NCBI GenBank assembly: GCA_046708645.1
Contig: JBKKDI010000319.1
Coordinates: forward strand, 1-40,670
Reading direction: 5' to 3'
Origin: Aestuariivirga sp.
GTDB taxonomy: Bacteria > Pseudomonadota > Alphaproteobacteria > Rhizobiales > Aestuariivirgaceae
Length of the DNA: 40,670 nt
In this document: one piece after another, positions 9,881 to 22,242 of the stretch
Position numbering within the stretch: the stretch's first letter is position 1
How the letters are laid out: each line of letters starts with the position of its first letter
Position numbers and translations under genes: made by a program
Notes under the pieces: generated by a model
What the model was told of the DNA's origin: nothing
What the model saw: the letters and a program-made list of their open reading frames with translations, nothing else
Database searches by the model: none

Positions 9881-11275
9881 TCAGGCCGCCCTCCTGGATC
9901 GAATGAAATCCCGGACGGCCTCGCTGCTGTTGGGCAGCACTGTGTAACGTTCCGGGGCGCTGAGCAAGCGCGCAAGAGGGGGTGGTAAACCGGGTCTCAC
10001 ACCAGCAGCTCTTTCCGTTACGTCAGGAAACTTAGCCGGGTGGGCCGTGGCTAAGGTCACAATGGCGCCCGTTGCGGAGGTGATTTGCCTCCGCGCAACG
10101 GCATACCCCACCGCCGTATGGGGATCGAGAAGTTCTCCGGTTGCAGCCAAAGTCTCGCGGATGGTAGCGGCGGTGGCTGCCTCGTCGGCTGCGCCAGAGG
10201 CGAATTCCATAAGTATAACATTGACTTCCTGGGGGGCGATGTGAAAAGCGCCGGACTGTGCAAGGCTGGCCATTAGGCGGCGCACAGCGTCGGCATCGCG
10301 GCCATGGGCCTCAAACAACAGGCGCTCGAAGTTGCTCGAAACCTGGATATCCATGGAAGGGCTTGAGGATGGCGTGACGCCTTTGATTTCGTAGCGGCCA
10401 GTTGTGAGGGCTCGATGAATGATGTCGTTGACGTTAACGGCAACTATTAATCGCTCAATGGGAATTCCCATGCGCTTGGCCACCCACCCCGCGAAGACAT
10501 CTCCGAAGTTTCCGGTGGGCACGCAGAAGCTTACAATGCGATCAGGGCTGCCTAGGGAAATCGCCGCTGTCACGTAGTAGACGATCTGCGCCATGATCCG
10601 CGCCCAGTTGATCGAATTAACACCGGCAAGGCCAACCTCGTCGCGGAATTGGTGATCATTGAACAGGGCCTTCACGATGGCTTGGCAGTCGTCGAAATTT
10701 CCTTCCAACGCAATGTTGTGAACCGTTGGTGAATCCACCGTGGTCATCTGGCGGCGTTGCACATCGCTGACGCGGCCATGAGGATGAAGAATGAAGATCG
10801 AGGCATGGCGGCTTGCCTTGAAGGCCTCGATAGCGGCACCACCCGTATCCCCCGAGGTGGCGCCAACAATGGTAGCGCGCGTGCGCCGCTTGGCGAGTGC
10901 CCAATCCATGAGGCGGGCGAGGAGCTGCATGGCGATATCCTTGAACGCAAGGGTAGGTCCATGGAAAAGTTCGAGCAGCCACTGATTGTCGTCGAGTTGT
11001 TTCAAGGGAGCGACAGCTGGATGGCCAAAGTTGCCATAGGCGGCTTCGAGCATCGATTTGAGTTGGGCGTCCGGAACGGCGCCCGCGATAAAAGGATGCA
11101 ACACCGTGAACGCCACATCCTCATAGCGGGCTCCGCGCAGCTGGCGGATGGTGCCGGGCGAAAGTTGTGGCCAATGGGAAGGAACATAAAGGCCACCATC
11201 GCGGGCAAGCCCGGTGAGCAATACATCCTCGAAATCGAGTTCCGGAGCTTCACCGCGGGTTGATTGATAGCGCAA
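9881..11275 (-). CDS. thrC: Threonine synthase
   Basis: MRYQSTRG, LELFHGPTLAFKD (PLP Lys), ATSGDTG, NSINWAR, PTGNFG, TAHPAKF. Confidence 0.97.
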   Translation of the reverse strand: MRYQSTRGEAPELDFEDVLLTGLARDGGLYVPSHWPQLSPGTIRQLRGARYEDVAFTVLHPFIAGAVPDAQLKSMLEAAYGNFGHPAVAPLKQLDDNQWLLELFHGPTLAFKDIAMQLLARLMDWALAKRRTRATIVGATSGDTGGAAIEAFKASRHASIFILHPHGRVSDVQRRQMTTVDSPTVHNIALEGNFDDCQAIVKALFNDHQFRDEVGLAGVNSINWARIMAQIVYYVTAAISLGSPDRIVSFCVPTGNFGDVFAGWVAKRMGIPIERLIVAVNVNDIIHRALTTGRYEIKGVTPSSSPSMDIQVSSNFERLLFEAHGRDADAVRRLMASLAQSGAFHIAPQEVNVILMEFASGAADEAATAATIRETLAATGELLDPHTAVGYAVARRQITSATGAIVTLATAHPAKFPDVTERAAGVRPGLPPPLARLLSAPERYTVLPNSSEAVRDFIRSRRAA

Positions 11276-11328
11276 GAGGACAAATCCTGTGGAGGGGAAG
11301 GCTTGCTTAGCTGCACGCTACCGGAGCA

Positions 11329-12072
11329 TCAAGCGCCGGATTTTTTCATCTGTCCGCGGATAAAGAGGCCGGCGACAATGGTCAACACGAGGGCGAGGGA
11401 GAACCAGGTGACGGCATACTGCAAATGATTGTTGCGGTGTGCCGCTCGGGGAACCATGGGGCGCGGAAAGCCAACCTGGCCCTTAACCGGCATCACGTGA
11501 AGCACGAAAAACGCCGGCGTTACGGCCGGCGGCGCAGAAGTATCTGCCAGCATGGCGGGCACATCCCACCAGAACCACATGTTGCCCTCGATGTCATTGT
11601 CGGGGCTGAAGAACCCACGCTTGCCATCATGGTTGAGAACAATGCCTACAATCTCCACCTTTCCCGTTGGATTGGCCTCGGTTCGCGCGGCGGGATCGCG
11701 CTGTTCGTCGGGCACCAGGCCTCGATCGACCAAAATCAGTCTGTTGTCAGCGGTCGCCAGGGGGGTCACCACCTCCCAGGCAGGATTGCCGTCGAAAGTA
11801 CCAATCACATGCTTTTCGGCAGTGTGAAGAAACCGGCCTCTGGCGGAGACCTTCATAAACTCGATGTTTTCTCCGCGATCGTGTCGCTTCATAGCCTCGG
11901 AAAGATCAACAGGGTCCGCCATGCTACGGCGATCAATTTCGGCCAGTAACGCCTGCTTGTGCGCGAGACGTTGCACCTGCCACGCGCCGAGGCCGCAAAG
12001 GATCACGATACCGAGGACGCTTGTGATGACGACAGGCCAGATGGAACGAGGTTTCACTTCAACCGCCTTCAC
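11329..12072 (-). CDS. SURF1 family cytochrome oxidase assembly protein
   Basis: LGAWQVQRL, LVDRG and NNHLQYAVTWF motifs; cox operon context. Confidence 0.93.
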   Translation of the reverse strand: MKAVEVKPRSIWPVVITSVLGIVILCGLGAWQVQRLAHKQALLAEIDRRSMADPVDLSEAMKRHDRGENIEFMKVSARGRFLHTAEKHVIGTFDGNPAWEVVTPLATADNRLILVDRGLVPDEQRDPAARTEANPTGKVEIVGIVLNHDGKRGFFSPDNDIEGNMWFWWDVPAMLADTSAPPAVTPAFFVLHVMPVKGQVGFPRPMVPRAAHRNNHLQYAVTWFSLALVLTIVAGLFIRGQMKKSGA

Positions 12073-12424
12073 GGGCGCCGGTTTTCCACTGCTGGCAGAG
12101 GAGAACGCCTTTAACCGGCCGCAGAAGCGCCATGGGCAGGATGACGAGGACCGGAATGGCGATCAGCACATGGACCCAGATTGGCGGCGCATAGGCCGCC
12201 TCGATGCCCAGGATCGATCCCACCCCGGCGATGCACACGAACAGCATGACGAACCAAGCCGCGCCATCACCACTGTCCGCAAAGTCGAAGGACAATCCGC
12301 AGCTTGAGCAGGATTGGGCCACCGCGAGATAGCCAGAAAAAAGTTTGCCCCGGCCACAGCGCGGGCATTTGCCCGCAAGGCCCGTCTTCAGGGGCGAAAT
12401 ATCCGGATAGTAATTCCCGTTCAT
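12059..12424 (-). CDS. DUF983 family membrane protein
   Basis: [19 protein letters not shown] and two TM helices; ATG 12424 overlaps the cox3 stop (ATGA). Confidence 0.88.
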   Translation of the reverse strand: MNGNYYPDISPLKTGLAGKCPRCGRGKLFSGYLAVAQSCSSCGLSFDFADSGDGAAWFVMLFVCIAGVGSILGIEAAYAPPIWVHVLIAIPVLVILPMALLRPVKGVLLCQQWKTGAREGG

Positions 12425-13275
12425 TCCGCCGGAATAGCTACCCCCGCGGAGGCCCAGATATAGACGCAGGAAAACAGGAACAGCCACACCACGTCGACGA
12501 AATGCCAGTACCAGGCCGCCGCCTCGAAACCGAAATGCTGCTTCGGTGTGAAATGTCCGGCCAAGGCACGGAAGAGGCAGACGATCAGGAACAGCGTGCC
12601 GATCAGAACATGGAAGCCATGGAAACCGGTGGCCATGAAGAAAGTCGAGCCATAGATATTGCCCTCAACCTCGCGGTTGAAGCCAAACGCCGCGTGGGCA
12701 TACTCATAGGCCTGTATTGTAGTGAACAGTACGCCCAGAGCTATGGTTGCGATGAGGCCCCATTTTAGGCCCTGACGGTCATTATTGAGCAGCGCATGGT
12801 GCGCCCACGTGACGGTGGTACCGGACGTCAGCAGGATTAGCGTGTTCACCAGGGGGAGATGCCACGGATCAAGAATGTCGGTGCCCTGGGGTGGCCAAAC
12901 GCCGCCGGTTGCGGCCACGCGCGAAGCCTGGATGGCCTCTCCAGAAAACAGGCTGGCGTCGAAGAAAGCCCAAAACCATGCCACGAAGAACATCACTTCT
13001 GACACGATGAACATGATCATGCCGTAGCGCAGATGAAGGCCCACGACCGGCGTGTGGTCGCCCCGGTGAGCTTCCATGATCACATCGCGCCACCACATGA
13101 ACATGGTGTAGAGAATGCCGGCGAACCCCAGGAGCATAACCCACGGGCCAATTGTGTTGTGCATCCAGAAGACGGCACCCACGGCGGTGATGAAGGCCGC
13201 GGTTGCGCCCACGATGGGCCACGGGCTCGGGTCCACCAGATGATAGTCGTGATTTTTTGCGTGGGCGTCGGCCAT
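12421..13275 (-). CDS. ctaE: Cytochrome c oxidase subunit III
   Basis: [38 protein letters not shown]; start at ATG 13275 after a GGAGCAGGA SD-like sequence. Confidence 0.96.
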   Translation of the reverse strand: MADAHAKNHDYHLVDPSPWPIVGATAAFITAVGAVFWMHNTIGPWVMLLGFAGILYTMFMWWRDVIMEAHRGDHTPVVGLHLRYGMIMFIVSEVMFFVAWFWAFFDASLFSGEAIQASRVAATGGVWPPQGTDILDPWHLPLVNTLILLTSGTTVTWAHHALLNNDRQGLKWGLIATIALGVLFTTIQAYEYAHAAFGFNREVEGNIYGSTFFMATGFHGFHVLIGTLFLIVCLFRALAGHFTPKQHFGFEAAAWYWHFVDVVWLFLFSCVYIWASAGVAIPAE

Positions 13276-13286
13276 TTCCTGCTCCG

Positions 13287-13871
13287 CTAGTTCGAAATTT
13301 TCTCGCCGGGCGCTATGACTTGCGACACCGGTTTGGCTTTGTCCACTGGGTAGAAGGTATAGGACAGCGTGATTTCCTTGATCGACCTGGTATCCGCATC
13401 GTCCATGATCGCGGGATCGACAAAAAACACGACCGGCAAATCCGCGCTCTCGCCCGGCTTCAAGGTCTGCTCGGTGAAGCAGAAGCATTCGATCTTGTTG
13501 AAGTAGATGCCCGCACTAACGGGCGTCACGTTGAACACCGCCGAGCCGGTCAGCTGGCGATTGGACGTGTTCGCCGCACGGTAATGGGCCATGTTCTGTT
13601 CACCCACCTTCACCGTCATGGTGGTCTGCCCGGCGTGGAAAGTCCAATCAAGGCTCCCTGCGGTGTTAGCATCGAAGCGGACGGAAATGGTTTTCTGAGC
13701 AGTTTCTACAGGAGCGGTAGCGGCGCGTTGCGGGGTGCCGCCGAAGCCCGTGGCCTGGCAGAACAGCGCGTAGAGCGGGACAGACGCATAGGCGAGGCCG
13801 AGCATGGCCACCGCCCCGCTGACCGCAATCGCAGCCACCCGCCGGTTCTTGTTGCGAATGGGGGCCGCCAT
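13287..13871 (-). CDS. ctaG: Cytochrome c oxidase assembly protein Cox11/CtaG
   Basis: [27 protein letters not shown] copper motif, TLSYTFY. Confidence 0.96.
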   Translation of the reverse strand: MAAPIRNKNRRVAAIAVSGAVAMLGLAYASVPLYALFCQATGFGGTPQRAATAPVETAQKTISVRFDANTAGSLDWTFHAGQTTMTVKVGEQNMAHYRAANTSNRQLTGSAVFNVTPVSAGIYFNKIECFCFTEQTLKPGESADLPVVFFVDPAIMDDADTRSIKEITLSYTFYPVDKAKPVSQVIAPGEKISN

Positions 13872-13872
13872 T

Positions 13873-14034
13873 TTAGAGCCCTCGCAAGGAAACGTCGCCG
13901 CCGAGGCGCACGATTGTGGTGACGAAGAATAAAACCACGAGCACCAGAAGGATGATGGCCGTGGCGACAGCGCGCCTTCTGCGATGAACCATGTCTTGCG
14001 GGCTGAAGGGGTCCTGTGCCATGGCCTTCGTCAT
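13873..14034 (-). CDS. Small single-TM protein of the cox operon (CoxF-like), 53 aa
   Basis: Manual translation: [57 protein letters not shown] overlap with ctaB; the stop lies 1 nt before the ctaG start. Below the ORF-track cutoff. Confidence 0.8.
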   Translation of the reverse strand: MTKAMAQDPFSPQDMVHRRRRAVATAIILLVLVVLFFVTTIVRLGGDVSLRGL

Positions 14035-14981
14035 CCAAACACCGGCGGGAATTGTGCAAGTCCCAAGGCACGCTCAACGAGAATGACCGCGAAAATGAGG
14101 AAGAGCCAGAGGATCGAAAAGGCGAACAGTTTCTTGCACGCTCTATCCGCCGCCGCACCCTCGCGCAGACGATAGACCTGCATGGCGTGATAAAGGAACA
14201 TGGCGCCGAGGATCGCAGCTGAGCCCGTATAAAGCAGCCCGGCTAACCCCACCAACGGGGGAAGGAACGTGAGCGGGATGAGGACGGTCGAGTAAATCAG
14301 GATCTGGCGGCGAGTTTCCGCCCGGCCGGCAACGACCGGCAGCATCGGAATGCCGGCTTTCGCGTAATCGCCGTCGCGCCAGAGGGCCAGCGCCCAGAAA
14401 TGCGGCGGTGTCCACATGAAAATAATGAGAAAGAGCGCGATCGAACCGGCATCGACCGAACCGGTCACGGCGGTCCAGCCGATCATCGGGGGGAACGCTC
14501 CCGCAGCGCCGCCAATGACGATGTTGTGGGGCGTCGAGCGTTTCAGCCACATTGTGTAGATCGCGACGTAAAAGAAGATGGTGAAGGCCAGCAGCGCTGC
14601 CGCCGCCACGTTTGCAAAAAGACCGAGCGCCAGAACCGAGCCAATGGCCAGTGTCAGGCCAAAACCCAGAGCTTCCCCAGGCAGGATGGAGCCTCGAGGC
14701 ACGGGCCTGGACCTTGTCCGCTGCATAATGGCGTCGATGTCGGCGTCGTACCACATGTTGAGCGCACCGGCGGCACCGGCGCCCACGGCAATCGCCAGCA
14801 ATGCCATGGCGGCAAGCCACGGATGAATAGCCCCGGGTGCCGCCACAATGCCCACGAGGGCTGTGAAGATGACGAGCGACATGACGCGCGGTTTCAGCAG
14901 CGCGAAATAGTCGCCGACCTTGCCCTGCCCGCCGGAAACAGCAGCTGTGTTATTGGCGGTATCGATTCTAACGCCGTTCAT
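14031..14981 (-). CDS. ctaB: Heme o synthase (protoheme IX farnesyltransferase)
   Basis: [47 protein letters not shown]. Confidence 0.96.
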   Translation of the reverse strand: MNGVRIDTANNTAAVSGGQGKVGDYFALLKPRVMSLVIFTALVGIVAAPGAIHPWLAAMALLAIAVGAGAAGALNMWYDADIDAIMQRTRSRPVPRGSILPGEALGFGLTLAIGSVLALGLFANVAAAALLAFTIFFYVAIYTMWLKRSTPHNIVIGGAAGAFPPMIGWTAVTGSVDAGSIALFLIIFMWTPPHFWALALWRDGDYAKAGIPMLPVVAGRAETRRQILIYSTVLIPLTFLPPLVGLAGLLYTGSAAILGAMFLYHAMQVYRLREGAAADRACKKLFAFSILWLFLIFAVILVERALGLAQFPPVFG

Positions 14982-14985
14982 GCCC

Positions 14986-16674
<1,689 letters not shown>

Positions 16675-16682
16675 TTACGATC

Positions 16683-17576
16683 TCAGTTTTGCGCCAGTTG
16701 CGGGACTGGCTTGATGGTGTTCAGGAAGGTCTTGAGCGTTGCATCGTCGGGCGCGGTTTTCTGCAACGCGGCCCAAGCCTCGTATTTATCCTGCGCTACA
16801 ACCCAGACTTCAATCGGCATGTAGGCATGGTCTTTGCCGCAAAGTTCGGAACACTGGCCGTAGTATACGCCTTCCCTGACCGCCTTGAACCAGTCTTCAT
16901 TCAGGCGTCCGGGAACGGCGTCGATCTTGAGGCCGAAGGACTGGATCGTCCAGGCGTGGATGATGCCGTCCGGATCCGACGTCACGATGAGCTTTACGAT
17001 CTTGTTGACCGGGACCACCACGGGAACATCGGTCGCCATCAGATAGGGTACGCCGTCTTTTTCCGCCTCTTCCCTTTTTTTGAGATAGGCACTGAAGCTG
17101 ACCATGGCGCTGCCGTCTTCATTGGTGCCGAGATCGGGATATTCGTAGGTCCAGTTCCAGCTCGGCTGGCCGATGACTTTCAGCGTCATGTCGGCGTTAT
17201 TCGGGATATCGCGCTGGTAGTAGAGAAGCCGGAAGGATGGAACGGCGATGATCACCAGAATAATAATCGGAATGACAGTCCATAGAACCTCGACCAAGGT
17301 GTTGTGGGTGGTTCTCGAAGGAATTGGGTTGGCCCTGGCGTTGAACTTCACCATTACGTAGACCAGCAATCCCAGCACAAAGAGTGTAATAATGGTGATG
17401 ATCGGCATCAAAACGACGTTGTGCAGAAAGTGGATGTCATCGGCGACGGGGGTTACGGACTCCAGCAGCCCCATCTGCCAGTTTTCCGCATAGCCGCTTG
17501 CCGCAAGGGCGCCGGAACTTGTGGCCGGGCCCCAGATAGCGGCAAGCAATATCATGACGTTCCGTGCGATCTTCAT
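16683..17576 (-). CDS. coxB: Cytochrome c oxidase subunit II
   Basis: CuA ligands IHAW...CSELCGKDHAYM, two TM helices, signal peptide from ATG 17576. Confidence 0.96.
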   Translation of the reverse strand: MKIARNVMILLAAIWGPATSSGALAASGYAENWQMGLLESVTPVADDIHFLHNVVLMPIITIITLFVLGLLVYVMVKFNARANPIPSRTTHNTLVEVLWTVIPIIILVIIAVPSFRLLYYQRDIPNNADMTLKVIGQPSWNWTYEYPDLGTNEDGSAMVSFSAYLKKREEAEKDGVPYLMATDVPVVVPVNKIVKLIVTSDPDGIIHAWTIQSFGLKIDAVPGRLNEDWFKAVREGVYYGQCSELCGKDHAYMPIEVWVVAQDKYEAWAALQKTAPDDATLKTFLNTIKPVPQLAQN

Positions 17577-17826
17577 TCTCGCCCTTTCCCAACTCGGCTT
17601 CGGCGGCCGGGTTGTGAACCAATCATAGGCCACCCGCAACGGAGGCGGGCGCGGCAAAACGTCATTGCGCCGGTGCTTTCGGCCCAGCCGGAATTCCGCC
17701 CAATTCTTCGCCGAAACGAATATCTCCCTTGTTGATCGCCTGGACAACCGGATGGGGAATCGCGGTTGTTTAGTTGTCCACCAGGCGCTAAGAGCCGCCC
17801 CAACGAAATGTAAAAAGGTTCAGCCC

Positions 17827-18444
17827 GTGCAAATCACCTCTGTCATCTGCAGACTCGCCACAGCCGCTGCCCTTGGTGTGTTATCGTTTAGCCCCAGCTT
17901 CGATACAGCTTTCGCGCAAACGAAACAGCCGGTGCAGAAGCAGTTTGGCCCTCGCGCCAACACAAAAACCGCTCAGGCCGCACCTGCCGCCGAAGTGGTG
18001 GCCACGCACGGCGCCTGGAAGATCCAATGTGAAACCGGCAAGGCCGCTGCCGAAGGCCAGCCCGAAAACCAACGCCAATGCGGCATGGTGCAGGGGGCGC
18101 AAAGCGAGAAGAATCCCAAGGCCGGGTTAACCCTTGTGATCGTCAAGACCAAGCAGGCTGACAAGGCCGTCACCATGATGCGCGTGATGGCGCCGATCGG
18201 GGTATTTCTACCGACCGGAGTGGCGCTGGAGATCGACGGAGCCGCCGTAGGGCGCGTGCCCTTTACACGCTGCATGCCACAGGTCTGCATCGCCTTCGCC
18301 GAAGCCTCGCCGGAAACACTGGCGAAGCTGAAAAAGGGCACCGCTGCCAATTTCATCGTCTATGAGGCTCCGGGTATTGGCCTGCCGATGAAAATGTCGC
18401 TGGAAGGCTTCTCGGCGGGACTGGCCGCCCTTGACGGCCTCTAA
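17827..18444 (+). CDS. Invasion-associated locus B (IalB) family exported protein
   Basis: Signal peptide, HGAWKIQC...CGM, APIGVFLPTG, FTRCMPQVC, SLEGF; typical position divergent from coxB. Start (GTG 17827) uncertain. Confidence 0.82.
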   Translation: MQITSVICRLATAAALGVLSFSPSFDTAFAQTKQPVQKQFGPRANTKTAQAAPAAEVVATHGAWKIQCETGKAAAEGQPENQRQCGMVQGAQSEKNPKAGLTLVIVKTKQADKAVTMMRVMAPIGVFLPTGVALEIDGAAVGRVPFTRCMPQVCIAFAEASPETLAKLKKGTAANFIVYEAPGIGLPMKMSLEGFSAGLAALDGL

Positions 18445-18464
18445 ACGGGCACTGGTAGTGGCGA

Positions 18465-18502
18465 ATGGTGCCGCCTATCTTGGATGGTGCCGCCTATCTT
18501 GG
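18465..18502 (+). repeat. Perfect 19-bp tandem duplication (ATGGTGCCGCCTATCTTGG x2)
   Basis: Read directly at 18465-18483 and 18484-18502, in the ialB-tldD intergenic region. Confidence 0.92.
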
Positions 18503-18543
18503 AGGCATGCCCAGTGCGAAAGGAACCGCCCGCCGTGCCTGCG

Positions 18544-19965
18544 ATGCCAAGCATTTCCGTCCTTGACGACACCGCATTAAGCCCCAGGCGGGCCCGGGCC
18601 ATCGTCTCCGAAACCTTGCACAAGGCCGATGATGGCGAATTGTTTCTTGAGCGCCGGCAGAGCGAGAGCCTGGTTTACGATGACGGCAAACTGAAGTCCG
18701 CAAGCTTCGATGAGTCCCAGGGCTTCGGGCTTCGCGCCGTCAGCGGCGAAACGGCGGCCTTTGCCCACGCCACCGAATTTTCCGAATCCGCCTTGAAGCG
18801 CGCTGCGGCGGTCTGCACTACGGTCACGCGGGGCGGCCCCGGTGGAACCGCCGCGATGTCTCCTCCCCGCAGCAATGCCAAGCTTTACAGCGACACCAAT
18901 CCGGCGGACGCACTGGCGTTTCCGCAGAAGATCGAGCTCCTGCAAAGGGCCGACAGTTTTGCCCGAGAGCTTGATCCTCGGGTCCAACAGGTCTCGGTAT
19001 CGCTTTCCAGCGACTGGCAATCCATCGAAATCATTCGGGCCGACGGCAGCACCTACCGGGATATACGCCCCCTCGTCCGCTTCAACATCTCGGTCGTGTC
19101 GTCCAACGGCAAGGAGCAAGGCCAGGGCAGCCACGGGCTGGGCGGGCGGGGCGAGCCGCTCAGCTATCTCACCGAGGGCAGATGGCAGGAGGCAGCTCGC
19201 GAGGCGCTCCGGCAGAGTCTTGTATCGCTGGAAGCAAAGCCCGCGCCCGCAGGCGAAATGGATGTGCTGCTGGGTCCTGGCTGGCCGGGCATCCTGCTGC
19301 ATGAGGCGGTGGGCCATGGGCTTGAAGGCGATTTCAATCGCAAGAAAACGTCCGCCTTCGCTGGCCTCAGGGGCCAGCGCATCGCGTCCAAGGGTGTTAC
19401 CATCGTCGATGACGGCACGATCCCCAACCGGCGCGGCTCCATCAGCATCGACGACGAGGGCACGCCGTCCAATTGCACGACGCTGATTAAGGACGGCATT
19501 CTCGTGGGCCTCATCCAGGATCGCCTTAGTGCCCGTCTCATGGGCGTTGCTCCCACGGGCAACGGGCGGCGCCAGTCTTTCGCCCATTCGCCCATGCCGC
19601 GCATGACCAACACCTACATGCTTTCGGGCAAAGACGACCCGCAGGACATCCAGAAATCCATCAAACGCGGCCTCTATGCCAAGTCCTTCGGCGGCGGCCA
19701 GGTCGACATCACCTCCGGTAAGTTCGTGTTCTCGTGTACCGAGGCGTATCTGATCGAGGACGGCAGGATCACTACCCCCGTCAAGGGTGCAACGCTGATC
19801 GGCTCCGGCGCCGATGCACTCACCCGCATTTCCATGGTGGGCAACGACATGGCGCTTGATCCCGGCATCGGCACCTGCGGCAAGAATGGCCAGGGTGTGC
19901 CTGTCGGCGTTGGCCAGCCAACACTTCGCATCGACCGGCTTACGGTGGGCGGCACTGCGGCCTGA
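18544..19965 (+). CDS. tldD: Metalloprotease TldD
   Basis: GILLHEAVGHGLEGDFNRK, PRMTNTYM, GGGQVDITSG, GTCGKNGQGVPVGVGQPT; start ATG 18544 chosen. Confidence 0.96.
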   Translation: MPSISVLDDTALSPRRARAIVSETLHKADDGELFLERRQSESLVYDDGKLKSASFDESQGFGLRAVSGETAAFAHATEFSESALKRAAAVCTTVTRGGPGGTAAMSPPRSNAKLYSDTNPADALAFPQKIELLQRADSFARELDPRVQQVSVSLSSDWQSIEIIRADGSTYRDIRPLVRFNISVVSSNGKEQGQGSHGLGGRGEPLSYLTEGRWQEAAREALRQSLVSLEAKPAPAGEMDVLLGPGWPGILLHEAVGHGLEGDFNRKKTSAFAGLRGQRIASKGVTIVDDGTIPNRRGSISIDDEGTPSNCTTLIKDGILVGLIQDRLSARLMGVAPTGNGRRQSFAHSPMPRMTNTYMLSGKDDPQDIQKSIKRGLYAKSFGGGQVDITSGKFVFSCTEAYLIEDGRITTPVKGATLIGSGADALTRISMVGNDMALDPGIGTCGKNGQGVPVGVGQPTLRIDRLTVGGTAA

Positions 19966-19968
19966 TGC

Positions 19969-20580
19969 ATGGCGCCGCGCCTCGTCATCTTCGACTTGGA
20001 TGATGTGTTGTGCCGCTATGACCTGGGCCAGAGGCTCCGGGCACTATCGCGAATATCGGGCAAGAAGCCACGGGACATCCGCGCCGCCGTCTGGGATTCA
20101 GGTTTCGAGGATGATTCCGACGCCGGGGGTTATCCCGATGCTGCGCATTATCTTGCCGAGTTCGGCCGCCGCCTCGGCCATCCAATCACCTGCGCCCAAT
20201 GGATCGCGGCGCGGCGGGAAGCGATGAAACCCTCCTCTGATGTTCTTGATCTAGCCAGGTGCGTGGGAAAGAAAGCCCGGCTTGCAATTTATACGAACAA
20301 CGGACCCTTGCTGAAACTTCACTTCGACGAACTCTTTCCGGAAGCTGCGGCGATTTTTCCCGAGCGCTACTGCTCCTACGAATTCGCCACCAGGAAACCG
20401 GACCCAAACAGCTTCTTACGCCTGCTGCAAACGCTCGGCGTGGAGGCCCAGGACACGTGGTTCATTGACGACAAACGTTCGAATGTGCAGGGCGCGCGCA
20501 TCGCGGGGCTGATCGGCCACCATTTCCGGTCCCATGCATCTCTTGCCGCCGATGCCAGGGCGCTGGGCCTCATCGAATGA
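19969..20580 (+). CDS. HAD-superfamily hydrolase (YihX-like)
   Basis: FDLDDV motif I, TNN, KP, FIDD...NV..A..AG. Confidence 0.88.
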   Translation: MAPRLVIFDLDDVLCRYDLGQRLRALSRISGKKPRDIRAAVWDSGFEDDSDAGGYPDAAHYLAEFGRRLGHPITCAQWIAARREAMKPSSDVLDLARCVGKKARLAIYTNNGPLLKLHFDELFPEAAAIFPERYCSYEFATRKPDPNSFLRLLQTLGVEAQDTWFIDDKRSNVQGARIAGLIGHHFRSHASLAADARALGLIE

Positions 20581-21923
20581 CGGAGGCCCGCTTCGTCACC
20601 GGCTCGACCATGCGCCATGTGGTGATCATGACGTTCACCGGCGCGCTCGGCCTGATGGCGCTGTTCCTCGTGGACCTCGCCGACCTGTTTTTCCTCAGCC
20701 TGCTCAACCAGACTGAAATTACCGCGGCGATCGGTTATGCCGGAACCATTGTTTTCGCCAATCTGTCGATCAGCATCGGCACGGGCATCGCGGCGGCGGC
20801 ACTTGTCGCCCGCAATCTAGGTGCGGGACAGCCGGAACGGGCCCGCGACTTTGCCACCAGTTCCCTGATGTTCTCTCTGCTGGTTTCGGCGGGCACAACG
20901 GCGGTCATCGCCGTTGCCTCGCACTGGCTGCTGGGTCTCCTCGGAGCCAGGGGCGAGGCCAAGCATCTGGCGCAACTGTTCATCTGGACGCTGACGCCTG
21001 GCTACGTGCTGTTGGCGGGCGCCGTGTGCTGCTCCTTCATCTTGCGCGGACTGGGCGACCCCAAGCGAGCCATGTACATCACGCTGGCGGCCGCCATAGT
21101 CACGGCGATCGTCGATCCGATTTTCATCTTTGGCTTCGGCTGGGGCATTCAGGGTGCTGCGGCTGCTAATGTGCTGGCGGATGTGGTGGCTTTCGGCATC
21201 GGCCTTAACGGCGTCGCCCGCGTACACCATTTTCTGGCACCGTTGCGCTTTGGGGGCCTTCGCCGCGATCTTGGCGATATTCTCACGATTGCCATCCCGT
21301 CGGTTCTCACCCAGCTCGCCACACCTTTCGCCAATGCCTATGTGACTCGAGCCGTTGCCCCCTTCGGCGACGAGGCCGTGTCGGCCACGGCCATCGTGGG
21401 CCGGGTGGTACCGGTGGCCTTCGGCATTATTTTTGCACTGTCGGGATCGGTGGGGCCGATCATCGGCCAGAATTTCGGGGCGCAAAAATTTGACCGGGTG
21501 CGCCAGACCCTGACGGATGGACTGATCTTTTCCGCCATCTACACGGTGATCACATCACTTTTGCTTTTCGTGTTCCGGCACGAACTCGCAGAGGCCTTCA
21601 GTGCGAGCGGGCGCACCGTTGACCTGGTGGTTTTCTTTTGCACCTTCATCGCCGCGAGCTGGGCCTTCGCCGGTGCCCAGTTCGTAGCGAATGCGGCCTT
21701 CAACAATCTGGGGCGCCCCAATCTCTCGACCTGGTTCAATTGGGGAAAGGCAACGCTTGGGACCATTCCTTTTGCCTTGTATGGCGCAACCGTGGCAGGC
21801 CCCGAGGGAGTATTGGCGGGGACTGCCATCGGTTCCGTCATCTTCGGCATCATGTCCGTCCTCGCAGCTTACAGGATCGCCGGAATGAGCGTTCTTCAAG
21901 CCCCAGCGCGGCGTTCACCGTGA
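20577..21923 (+). CDS. MATE family efflux transporter
   Basis: About 12 TM helices, LVARNLGAG, LRGLGD, DPIFIFGFGWGIQGAA, GQNFGA. Confidence 0.93.
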   Translation: MTEARFVTGSTMRHVVIMTFTGALGLMALFLVDLADLFFLSLLNQTEITAAIGYAGTIVFANLSISIGTGIAAAALVARNLGAGQPERARDFATSSLMFSLLVSAGTTAVIAVASHWLLGLLGARGEAKHLAQLFIWTLTPGYVLLAGAVCCSFILRGLGDPKRAMYITLAAAIVTAIVDPIFIFGFGWGIQGAAAANVLADVVAFGIGLNGVARVHHFLAPLRFGGLRRDLGDILTIAIPSVLTQLATPFANAYVTRAVAPFGDEAVSATAIVGRVVPVAFGIIFALSGSVGPIIGQNFGAQKFDRVRQTLTDGLIFSAIYTVITSLLLFVFRHELAEAFSASGRTVDLVVFFCTFIAASWAFAGAQFVANAAFNNLGRPNLSTWFNWGKATLGTIPFALYGATVAGPEGVLAGTAIGSVIFGIMSVLAAYRIAGMSVLQAPARRSP

Positions 21924-22110
21924 GCGGCAAGCCCGCCGCCCAGGCAATATCCTCGCGCGCCACACCAATATCCCGCAGGATATAGTCATCATAGGCCTGC
22001 AACCGCGCCACTGAGCGGCGGGCAAGCCAGTTGCGGAACAACCGGGTGATGAGCGACCTCTTGCCGGCTTCACCGATAGATAGGGCGCGGGTCAAAGTGT
22101 AATCTCTCAT
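21850..22110 (-). CDS. DUF1127 (YjiS-like) small Arg-rich protein, 86 aa
   Basis: RNWLARR...L...DDYILRDIGVAREDI motif; strong SD (GAGGAGGA) upstream of ATG 22110. Confidence 0.85.
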   Translation of the reverse strand: MRDYTLTRALSIGEAGKRSLITRLFRNWLARRSVARLQAYDDYILRDIGVAREDIAWAAGLPLTVNAALGLEERSFRRSCKLRGRT

Positions 22111-22242
22111 GGCACAATCCTCCTCTATGGCGGGAAGACCCATTCTTCCCACTTCACGCCACCTAAAAGCGGCAGCAATCACGGTGTGATGACTCTATTT
22201 GGAAGATTTCTATTGATTTGTCTAACGAATGTATTTTATAGT

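Noticed and set aside
12421-13488. Long N-terminal extensions in the track for cox3 (also coxB, ispH, VOC, DUF983, DUF4170)
   Set aside because: Artefacts of longest-ORF calling that overlap neighbouring genes or promoter regions; downstream ATGs with an SD, an ATGA coupling or a family-typical N-terminus fit better.
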